Source of the DNA: a virus | IMG/VR virus record: IMGVR_UViG_3300045988_181578 | Length of the DNA: 42,779 nucleotides | Direction: 5' to 3' (one strand) | In this document: positions 35,084-42,004 of the stretch, piece by piece | How the letters are laid out: each line of letters begins with the position of its first letter | How positions within the stretch are numbered: position 1 is the first letter of the stretch | Program-made: the position numbers and the translations under genes | The notes under the pieces: model-generated | What the model was told of the DNA's origin: nothing | Database searches by the model: none | What the model saw: only the letters and a program-made list of their open reading frames with translations

Positions 35084-35202
35084 TTTTTTACCTCCCTCAA
35101 TCCAACATAAAAGACAACACAATCGTCGTCAACGCGGCGAAAAAAATCCCATCCGCCGTTCCTTGGCAAGCCATACAGCACGGAACGAGATAAGCCAAGT
35201 AT

Positions 35203-35619
35203 TTAAGATTTTTCATCGATTACCCCATTTCTGTTTTCATAACGAGTAAACCCATTGCGGACTGGTACGTCTTGATAAGGCGATGTCCATCCCTCAAAAA
35301 CGTTCCCACGCACTTCGATGTCATACGACGACAATTCACTCAAATCGTACCGCACAACGCCTTTAACCCCGACCGAGTATCCGCCATTGTCCCAGTATAC
35401 GCGCATAAAGTCCTTTTCCCAATCATCCCAAAGAACGTCACCTGCGTAAATCATATAGCCGTTCTTGTCGAAACGTCCCGTGCTTTTTTGAATAATACAG
35501 TTTTTTAAAGGTTTCATTTTATCATCATAAGCAACACCGTTTTGATTGATGAAAAAGTTTCCGTCTAAAAAACGCTTTTCATCAAGCGACCAAACACGAA
35601 ATTTTAACTTGTCATTCAT
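35203..35619 (-). CDS. YopX-family protein (paralog 1)
   Basis: MNDKLKFRVW N-terminus. RBS aaggaaag. Confidence 0.55.
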   Translation of the reverse strand: MNDKLKFRVWSLDEKRFLDGNFFINQNGVAYDDKMKPLKNCIIQKSTGRFDKNGYMIYAGDVLWDDWEKDFMRVYWDNGGYSVGVKGVVRYDLSELSSYDIEVRGNVFEGWTSPYQDVPVRNGFTRYENRNGVIDEKS

Positions 35620-35634
35620 TTTTCTTTCCTTTCT

Positions 35635-36006
35635 TCATCCGATACCTTGTTCGTCTTGATATTCGTCAAAAGCGGCGACGGCGCAATTCATACAGAAGTT
35701 CCAAAGCGGTTCTTTGTCACGATAAAGCCGCTTTGCGATTTTCGGATAATTCGACCGGACAAATTCTTCAACAGCGGCGGCATAAGCTGTCTGTTCTTTA
35801 TTCCAACGCGTCAGAATTGAAACGTCTGCCAAGCCAAGCGGCGCGTCTTTCCGTGCATTTTCAACGGCGTGACGGGTCATTTTGGTTAATTCGCCAAGCA
35901 TAGCCGAAGACGCTTTATCCCACCTGTTTATAACGTCAATCGTCCAACTTTCAGACACAACCGCGTTATAAATCACGCCGTCAATCTCGTATTCTGTATT
36001 TAACAT
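35635..36006 (-). CDS. hypothetical protein
   Basis: 123-aa ORF in the operon. Confidence 0.45.
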   Translation of the reverse strand: MLNTEYEIDGVIYNAVVSESWTIDVINRWDKASSAMLGELTKMTRHAVENARKDAPLGLADVSILTRWNKEQTAYAAAVEEFVRSNYPKIAKRLYRDKEPLWNFCMNCAVAAFDEYQDEQGIG

Positions 36007-36018
36007 TTCGTTTCCATT

Positions 36019-36459
36019 TTAAAGTAAAGATAATTGCTTTGGTTCGTTTTCTTCCGCCCATTGACGCATAACCTTTAAAGCGTCATCAATGATAAAGTTT
36101 GTTGCAAAGACGGATTCAAAGTCCAAATCAGGATAGCCATATTCAGCGAATAAAGCCCGTACGCACTCTTTGCATTCGTTCATATTGTCCTGTTGCAATT
36201 CGATAGCCCAAACGCTTGCAAGGGCGGTTTGTGCGTCCTGACGGTTTTTGCATTTTTCAAGTTTGCGCCGATAAATTTCGACAACAAAATTCCCGTCCCC
36301 GCCCGACGGTTCAAGAAAGGTTTTTTCAGGCGCGAAAACGTCAATGTCTGCATTTTCTTCTTGCAACATATCGCACATCATTTTGACAACCCAATCGGGC
36401 GTAAAAATTTCGGTTCTGTTCCGCTCTCGCCCGCCTTTTGTGTAAAGTTTTTTAGCCAT
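36019..36459 (-). CDS. small SAM-methyltransferase-like protein (motif X FTP and motif I EPSGGDG present; no (D/N/S)PP(Y/F) motif IV seen)
   Basis: EIFTPDWVVKMMCDML...FLEPSGGDGNFVVEI. Confidence 0.45.
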   Translation of the reverse strand: MAKKLYTKGGRERNRTEIFTPDWVVKMMCDMLQEENADIDVFAPEKTFLEPSGGDGNFVVEIYRRKLEKCKNRQDAQTALASVWAIELQQDNMNECKECVRALFAEYGYPDLDFESVFATNFIIDDALKVMRQWAEENEPKQLSLL

Positions 36460-36886
36460 AAATCAAATCCCACTTGTCACCAAACAAAGACACTTTTTTA
36501 GTGTGTCCATTTCTAAAACGCTGAATAGCTCTCCGATAACGCAATTCGTCGCCTTTGCATATTTCCCGAAATGACTTCCCATTGTAAAAATGAACACTTC
36601 GCGCCCGCCCCTTATCAATACCTTTTAGGCTTTCATCAACCGTTCTGTCATAATGCTTTATTCGCCATAAGCAAGCGCGATATTCGGATATTGTTTTGCA
36701 TTTTTTAATCAAAGGAACTCCGTCAGAACACAATAAATAACTTTGACAAATTTTATCAATGGAAACAGCTTGTTCAACGGTCATCATCTTTTTTTGAATT
36801 CGCTTAACGACTGTACTGTAATTGATTCCGTTGTCTGCACAATACTGCCGCAAAGTCTTCCCTTTGAAAAAATACTTTATGCTCAT
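36452..36886 (-). CDS. DNA-binding protein with two tandem HTH-like modules
   Basis: FFKGKTLRQYCADNGINYSTVVKRIQK and FYNGKSFREICKGDELRYRRAIQRFRNG repeat units. Start at MSIKYFF, 4 nt after the upstream stop. Confidence 0.45.
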   Translation of the reverse strand: MSIKYFFKGKTLRQYCADNGINYSTVVKRIQKKMMTVEQAVSIDKICQSYLLCSDGVPLIKKCKTISEYRACLWRIKHYDRTVDESLKGIDKGRARSVHFYNGKSFREICKGDELRYRRAIQRFRNGHTKKVSLFGDKWDLIYG

Positions 36887-36887
36887 T

Positions 36888-37100
36888 TTAATCCTGACTG
36901 TTTGCGTGTATTTCCGCTTCTGTTTTTGCGCTAGACAATTCGTAATCCAAATACGCCAAGAAAGACCAACCGACAGACATTTTAATCGGTTCAATACTGA
37001 TCAACGCGTAACTTTTACGCCCGATTTTGCTTATCCGAAAAACGCCTGATTCCCAATAAGTCAGTTTATCCGTTTTGATTTTTTTCCATTTCAGTTTCAT
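36888..37100 (-). CDS. hypothetical protein (70 aa)
   Basis: RBS gaggga. MKLKWKKIKTDKLTYWESGVFRISKIGRK.... Confidence 0.4.
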   Translation of the reverse strand: MKLKWKKIKTDKLTYWESGVFRISKIGRKSYALISIEPIKMSVGWSFLAYLDYELSSAKTEAEIHANSQD

Positions 37101-37113
37101 TTTTTATTCCCTC

Positions 37114-37950
37114 TCAAAAAAGTGAAAATTGCCCGTTCTTTTCCTCTTTAAAAGCCGCCACGGGCTGTTTAACGGGCGGGGTAGGTTCTAACACCTTTTT
37201 GACGCTTTCAACGCCTGACGGGGCGTTTACTGGCGTTTCCTGTTCGTTTATAACCGGCAACGCTTTCGACTCGGCATATTTTACAAAATTCCTGAATTTC
37301 AGATAATTAAGCACATAAAACGGCGTATGCAATTCTTCCCATATTTCAAGCGTCAACGTGTCGCCTATGCAGACGATAGCGGGCGCCCCCAAAAGCGAAA
37401 GCGTTATATAGCACATATAAGCGCACCGATAGTCTATGTCTTGAGCTACCGTCAGCGATTGCGTTTGAAAGTTATACCCGTTTTCTTTCATCGTTTCCAA
37501 GAAAGCGACAATCATCGCGCCGCCGCCCGCCGCTGGTTCGTTTATGCCTACATATCCATTTTCGGCAATCGCCGCGTCAATCTGTTCTTTGTCAAAGGAC
37601 ATCTGGGCGCAAAGTCGCGCGACGCTGTACGGCGTGAAGAACTGCCCCGTCTTGCTATTAGACGCGCCGAGTTCTTCAAAACATTCACCAAGAAAATCGC
37701 CGAATTGAGCTTCAAAGCCTTTTGTCGTGATTGCCAACAGTTCGGGAAAGCGCGCCTGTTCGTCGGGTTCATACTTCCCAATCAAATCAAGATACTTCTT
37801 TTCCCGCTCCTGTTTAAAATCGACGGCGTTTGAAATGCTCATCGCCGCCATTGAAACAAAGTCGGTAAAGACCTGTTCGGGCGTATGTCGCCCTGCAATC
37901 ACATCAATCGTCTTGAGAAAGTCTTTTTTCGCCGAATCATACAACGTCAT
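37114..37950 (-). CDS. HsdM/N6-adenine-methyltransferase-like protein lacking a recognisable catalytic NPPF/Y motif
   Basis: GQFFTPYSVARL (motif X), GINEPAAGGGAMIVAF (motif I), and the HsdM-like VAQDIDYRCAYMCYITLSLLG...GDTL block. No motif IV follows before the stop. Confidence 0.55.
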   Translation of the reverse strand: MTLYDSAKKDFLKTIDVIAGRHTPEQVFTDFVSMAAMSISNAVDFKQEREKKYLDLIGKYEPDEQARFPELLAITTKGFEAQFGDFLGECFEELGASNSKTGQFFTPYSVARLCAQMSFDKEQIDAAIAENGYVGINEPAAGGGAMIVAFLETMKENGYNFQTQSLTVAQDIDYRCAYMCYITLSLLGAPAIVCIGDTLTLEIWEELHTPFYVLNYLKFRNFVKYAESKALPVINEQETPVNAPSGVESVKKVLEPTPPVKQPVAAFKEEKNGQFSLF

Positions 37951-38189
37951 TATGACACCTTTTCTGTCGGTCTTAAAACTTCCAACAAAGCGGCGGCACG
38001 CTCCGTCAATTCAACGGGATGTTCTAAAAGGACGCGTTCCATTTTTTCGGAATACGGCTTTGAAACTGCGCGCCGTCCTTTTTCAACCATTGAAACATAG
38101 TTTTCATTGAATCCCGACATTTTAGCGTATTCAACGCGCGACCACCCCATTGCTTTACGGTAAAACCACATTTTTTCGTTTTGTGTCAT
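37950..38189 (-). CDS. XRE-family HTH transcriptional regulator
   Basis: FYRKAMGWSRVEYAKMSGFNENYVSMVEKGRR. Confidence 0.55.
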   Translation of the reverse strand: MTQNEKMWFYRKAMGWSRVEYAKMSGFNENYVSMVEKGRRAVSKPYSEKMERVLLEHPVELTERAAALLEVLRPTEKVS

Positions 38190-38488
38190 TTGTCCCCGCT
38201 TTCGTGAATGTTTCCAATTACATTATATTCATCAACAGGTGCTTCTTTCGCGTTCCCTGTAAGAATAAAACCAGCCATTGCATTTTCCCAATCAACACGC
38301 ATTTTTTCTTTGCGTATCAACATTATATCACCCTCGAAAATTAGAACGCCGTTTTTGTCTGTCAATCCCGTACATTGTTCTGCAATCAACCCGTCGGGCA
38401 AATCCCACGGCACAAAGTCTTCGGGATTTTCGACGTATTTTTTGTTTTCAACGTCGTAAATTCTGTATTTGAAACGGTCATTTGTCAT
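38186..38488 (-). CDS. YopX-family protein (paralog 2)
   Basis: MTNDRFKYRIYD...YNVIGNIHESGD. RBS agaggag. Confidence 0.65.
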   Translation of the reverse strand: MTNDRFKYRIYDVENKKYVENPEDFVPWDLPDGLIAEQCTGLTDKNGVLIFEGDIMLIRKEKMRVDWENAMAGFILTGNAKEAPVDEYNVIGNIHESGDK

Positions 38489-38564
38489 CCTTTTAACTCC
38501 TCTTTCTTTTCGTAAAAAACATAAGTAGTTCCACCGCAAAACGGGAAAGACTTCAAGTCTTCAC

Positions 38565-38783
38565 TCATTCCAGATTCTCCCTTACTTTTTCCTCGATTTC
38601 TTCAATTTTTTCATCAGACAACAGCGGCATAATGTCTACACCGCCGACACAAACGGAATTAACGTAAACATCAGTCTCTGTACCCCTTGAAACACCCCAA
38701 CTGTAAGGCTCAAGGGAATACGTTTCTGTTTCAAAGCTAATTGACAGCAAAACGCCGTCAACCGTGATTTCGATTTCAGCCAT
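38565..38783 (-). CDS. hypothetical protein (72 aa)
   Basis: RBS aaggaaaagg. First gene of the minus-strand operon. Confidence 0.45.
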   Translation of the reverse strand: MAEIEITVDGVLLSISFETETYSLEPYSWGVSRGTETDVYVNSVCVGGVDIMPLLSDEKIEEIEEKVRENLE

Positions 38784-38957
38784 TTTCCTTTTCCTTTTTT
38801 CAGAGCAACCGATTCGCCCCGTCCTTGTTTTATTTGTACCAAATTACAGAACATTAAGCAAGTTTTTTTGTTTTTTTTTCAAAAAAATAAAATATCGCAG
38901 AAACCGCCGTTTTTTGATAAACTGAAAACGGAAGCATTTTAATGAAAGGAAAGCTTT

Positions 38958-39167
38958 ATGGAAAACATTATCGAATATGCGAATCAAGCGTTATACTGGA
39001 TAGGTGCGATTGTTACGGCGGCGACTGTAATTGTCCGCATCACTCCGTCGACTCGCGATGACAGCGTTCTTGAAAAAATCATCCACATTTTGGATTATTT
39101 TTCCGTTGTCAATCCGAACGGGACGCGCACTTTAAAAATCGTGGGAAAGAAAAGCGACAACAAATAA
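38958..39167 (+). CDS. small membrane protein (N-terminal TM)
   Basis: ALYWIGAIVTAATVIVRI. RBS aaagga. Confidence 0.45.
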   Translation: MENIIEYANQALYWIGAIVTAATVIVRITPSTRDDSVLEKIIHILDYFSVVNPNGTRTLKIVGKKSDNK

Positions 39168-39709
39168 TTTGCGGATGTCCGCCGAGTTGCGTCCGTGGGC
39201 TTGGGAACAGAACGAACGGAACGGTGGTTTTCGCGGGATAGACCAGACACAACAAATCCCGTTTTTTTTATGAAAGGTAAAACAATGAGCGAAAAAATAG
39301 AAATCGTGTTGAAAGACGAGGAAAGACAACCTTGCGAGGTGTGGACGCGTGAAATCCCATAAACGCGCGTCCTTAAAAAGTCATCTAAACGGGGGAACGC
39401 CCTTGCGGTCTATCCCGTGCTAATAAAAATGCCTAACGACTATCCCGAAAGGGAGTAGGTGCAAGCGCACCGAAACGGTGACAGCCGATTATATCGGTTA
39501 TGATATAGTCTAATCTATGCGGCGACGTATAGCAGTTCATAAGAGAACGGCTTTTCAGTAGCGAAGAGAAGTGAATAAAATCAAATGGTTATGGGTTATT
39601 TCCGCCCCGTTTCCGAATTCAATATCGGCAAGAAATCCGAATATGCGGAACGGGTGTGTTTCAAGGAATCTGTTTCAATGAAGCACGTTGAAACAGGGCA
39701 GGCGGCGGA
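39168..39709. other. 0.54 kb non-coding structured region
   Basis: No ORF over 25 codons. Several hairpins: atcccgaaagggag, ccgattatatcgg, and a 9-bp stem ctgtttcaa/ttgaaacag at 39670-39696. Confidence 0.4.
39234..39270 (+). terminator. weak rho-independent terminator
   Basis: Stem cgggat / atcccg followed by T8. Confidence 0.35.
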
Positions 39710-39913
39710 ATGAATGACTTAACTATTACCGCCATTGCTGGCGTGTTTGTTTCCGTAATTTCGTTTTTGTCCTACAAACTTGGACGTGAACAAGAGGGGC
39801 ATAAAAATGCGGAAAAAGAAAGCGATGCGATTAAAGAAGCAAAGCGACTGCGGGAGCGTTTAGACAATGACTTTGATTTGCAAAAAGAAGTCAAAGAACG
39901 TTTTTCTCGTTGA
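39710..39913 (+). CDS. small membrane protein (N-terminal TM, charged helical C-terminus)
   Basis: TITAIAGVFVSVISFLSY TM followed by a KE-rich tail. Confidence 0.45.
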   Translation: MNDLTITAIAGVFVSVISFLSYKLGREQEGHKNAEKESDAIKEAKRLRERLDNDFDLQKEVKERFSR

Positions 39914-39951
39914 CAAGACAGACAAAAAAATGGAAATATATAAGAGTGTTA

Positions 39952-39977
39952 TTAACGTCTGAACGTTTTTTTTTTCC
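39952..39977 (+). terminator. rho-independent terminator (weak stem, T10 tail)
   Basis: aacgt ctga acgtt followed by T10. Confidence 0.4.
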
Positions 39978-40015
39978 TTTTTCCTTGCGTTCTTTCCAAA
40001 AGACGTTAATCATAA

Positions 40016-40058
40016 ACGACGACGGTTTTGCCAAGTTTTCCGTCGTCGTTTTTTTTTG
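40016..40058 (+). terminator. strong rho-independent terminator
   Basis: 10-bp perfect stem acgacgacgg / ccgtcgtcgt followed by T9. Confidence 0.65.
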
Positions 40059-40068
40059 AGGTGTATGA

Positions 40069-40263
40069 ATGAAGCAATTTAAAGCCCGTACAGCGTTTCT
40101 TATGTTTCTGTGTGTCTTTTTGTTGTCTGGGTGTTCAAAACGCCTGTATGGCGGATTTTGCCTGCTTTATCAGCCTGTTTTTTTGGATTACAAAAATGAT
40201 ACGGATGAAACGATTAAACAGGTCGAAAAAAACAACGTCGTATATATGCGGTGTCAAAAATGA
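40069..40263 (+). CDS. small lipoprotein (lipobox L-S-G-C)
   Basis: MKQFKARTAFLMFLCVFLLSGCSK signal peptide with lipobox. RBS gaggtg. Confidence 0.55.
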   Translation: MKQFKARTAFLMFLCVFLLSGCSKRLYGGFCLLYQPVFLDYKNDTDETIKQVEKNNVVYMRCQK

Positions 40264-40408
40264 TTTTGTTTAATTTAAAAAGCCCTTCGGGAATAATCGC
40301 CGCCGTTGGTATTCGTTCCGAAACATACACGCCCACCAATGTAAATCGGTGGGACGTGATAACCTTCCAAAAGGACGGTAAGATTTTTACAACGTTCGGG
40401 CGGTTTTA

Positions 40409-40687
40409 TCCGATTGAAACACCGTCGTAAAAGTCTTTGTATTCAAAGAACTTTCCGTGGAACTCGTCCCCGTCTTCAATGGCTTTCAAAAATCGCCTTA
40501 AATTGTTAACGGTTGTTCGGACTTCGGAATAAAAGTTATCCCTCCAATACGATTCAAGAGTTTCATAAACTTTAACTCACGATTGGCTTTGTTGCCGTTT
40601 TGCCAGAGACTCCACGCCGATTTTTTGATTGTCGCAATCCTGCTTGTCCGTCGATACCCGCAAATATCCGTACACCGTCATTTTCAT
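40409..40687 (-). pseudogene. decayed serine recombinase (resolvase/invertase/integrase-type) N-terminal remnant
   Basis: MKMTVYGYLRVSTDKQDCDNQKIGVESLAKRQQSQS*VKVYETL...NNLRRFLKAIEDGDEF keeps the Y-x-R-V-S-T-x-x-Q nucleophile motif and the R..L..l..GD block, but has an in-frame TGA and has lost the D..SG and DRLGR motifs. ATGA overlap with the MT-A70 gene stop. Coordinates are approximate. Confidence 0.4.
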
Positions 40688-41238
40688 ATTTCCTTGTCAA
40701 ATTTTTCAGTTTCATTTCCCCAGCAATCCCAACCTACCCGATGCTGACGGGCAAATAGTTCGATTCGTTCCCCGCCGCAAAGACTTTCGATTAAAGAATA
40801 CTGTTCATCAGGTTTTCGGGAATGTTCACGAACAACGCCTTGAATAACATTCCTTGTCGATTTGTTAAGCACATGGGGATGCCCGCGCGTTCCGACAAGC
40901 AACAATTCGGAAGCGCAACGGAAAATATATCCAGTTCCGAAAGCGGTTTTCCCGTTCTTCGTCGTTTTATGCCAAGATGCGCCCGTCTTGTATTTAAACC
41001 CCCAAGCCGCCATTGTTTCCAAAGCTTCGGGCAACATTGGAAACGTCGCCCACATAAAGAGGAAACAGTCTTTGTCGGCAATGTCGATAACAGGCAAAGT
41101 CTTAATGTCATTTGTCGGCATACAAGAATAATGCCCTTCCGCTCCTTTTGCCGTGATTCCTTTTGACGAAAACGTTTTGAACTTCCATGGCGGGTCGGCA
41201 AGAATTACGCCATATTTTTTATTCGGGAACGGAATCAT
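40684..41238 (-). CDS. MT-A70-family N6-adenine DNA methyltransferase
   Basis: ILADPPWKF (DPPW catalytic motif). RBS aagga before MIPFPNKKYG. Confidence 0.8.
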   Translation of the reverse strand: MIPFPNKKYGVILADPPWKFKTFSSKGITAKGAEGHYSCMPTNDIKTLPVIDIADKDCFLFMWATFPMLPEALETMAAWGFKYKTGASWHKTTKNGKTAFGTGYIFRCASELLLVGTRGHPHVLNKSTRNVIQGVVREHSRKPDEQYSLIESLCGGERIELFARQHRVGWDCWGNETEKFDKEI

Positions 41239-41557
41239 TTTTTTTGTCCTTATATTCAAAAGAACGTCCTTTAGTTTTCTTTCCTTTCCCGATTATTTTC
41301 GCAACGGATGTTCCGTATTTTGACATTGCGTCGTGTACCGAATCGAAAACTTCATTTGTTTCCACACAAATAACGCGACGGGAACAGAAGCCCCCTTTAC
41401 GCTTTTTAGACGACGGAATCCGTTTTTTCATTTCTGCAATAACGCCGTCGGGTGTGATTTTTGAACACTTCAACAAAAAGTCGGCAACCGCCTGTTCGGG
41501 CGTATCAAAACCGATAGGCGCAACAGCCGCTTTTTTCAAAACAACAAGATATTTCAT
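41219..41557 (-). CDS. hypothetical protein
   Basis: RBS aagga. Overlaps the MT-A70 gene start by 20 nt. Confidence 0.45.
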   Translation of the reverse strand: MKYLVVLKKAAVAPIGFDTPEQAVADFLLKCSKITPDGVIAEMKKRIPSSKKRKGGFCSRRVICVETNEVFDSVHDAMSKYGTSVAKIIGKGKKTKGRSFEYKDKKNDSVPE

Positions 41558-41559
41558 CC

Positions 41560-41820
41560 TTATTTTTCCTTTTCAATCAATTTGAACGCATCCGCTCTTA
41601 AGTCGTCGATGCCGTTTACGATTTCGGATAAAGCGTCTTTAAGCCGCTCTATTTCTTCTTCTAATTGTCGGACAGGTGTTCGATTATTCCAAGCTTGCGC
41701 TTCTTTTCCCAAAAAAGAAAATTCAACAGATGCGCCACAAAACGGATTTGTGCATTCTACCCGACCTCTCTCAAGTCTTGCTTCACTTCCACAAAAAGGA
41801 CACGGTTTAAGTTCTTTCAT
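41560..41820 (-). CDS. Lar-like restriction alleviation protein (Zn-ribbon) with C-terminal coiled coil
   Basis: MKELKPCPFCGSEARLE...C..FC matches the Lar-family CPFCG motif. RBS aaaggaaag. Confidence 0.55.
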   Translation of the reverse strand: MKELKPCPFCGSEARLERGRVECTNPFCGASVEFSFLGKEAQAWNNRTPVRQLEEEIERLKDALSEIVNGIDDLRADAFKLIEKEK

Positions 41821-41862
41821 ATTCTTTCCTTTCGATAAAAAGGGGTGGAAGTCAAAAAACAC

Positions 41863-42004
41863 TTTCCGTATGCTTTGCCTTATTCACCTATTTATTCGGC
41901 AACTTCCACAATGTAGGACGTAGATTTCTCTGTTTATCCCGCCTATTTTCAGTTCAGCGGGCAGTTGCGGTTTATTCTTTATTCACCGCCGTCCGTTTTC
42001 GGTT
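41863..42004. promoter_or_regulatory. intergenic region upstream of the minus-strand Lar/MTase operon
   Basis: 8-bp inverted repeat GTGGAAGT ... ACTTCCAC (41869-41876 / 41927-41934). Direct repeats ttattcacc x2. Confidence 0.3.

Noticed and set aside
36452-36994. Double-HTH protein as a homing endonuclease interrupting a methyltransferase gene
   Set aside because: No GIY-YIG/HNH/LAGLIDADG catalytic motif. The downstream MTase-like ORF repeats motifs X and I rather than continuing the upstream one, so a split-gene model does not fit.
40621-40741. Apparent frameshift in the MT-A70 gene when read by eye near 40740
   Set aside because: My manual homopolymer counts here disagree by 1 nt with the supplied ORF track (T-run at 40621, A at 40740). 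The track, which was computed from the sequence, is contiguous, so this is treated as my misreading rather than a feature.
40629-41201. ORFs 40629..40847 (+), 40791..41201 (-), 40822..41166 (+), 40862..41131 (+)
   Set aside because: They overlap the MT-A70 methyltransferase gene (DPPW motif) in other frames.
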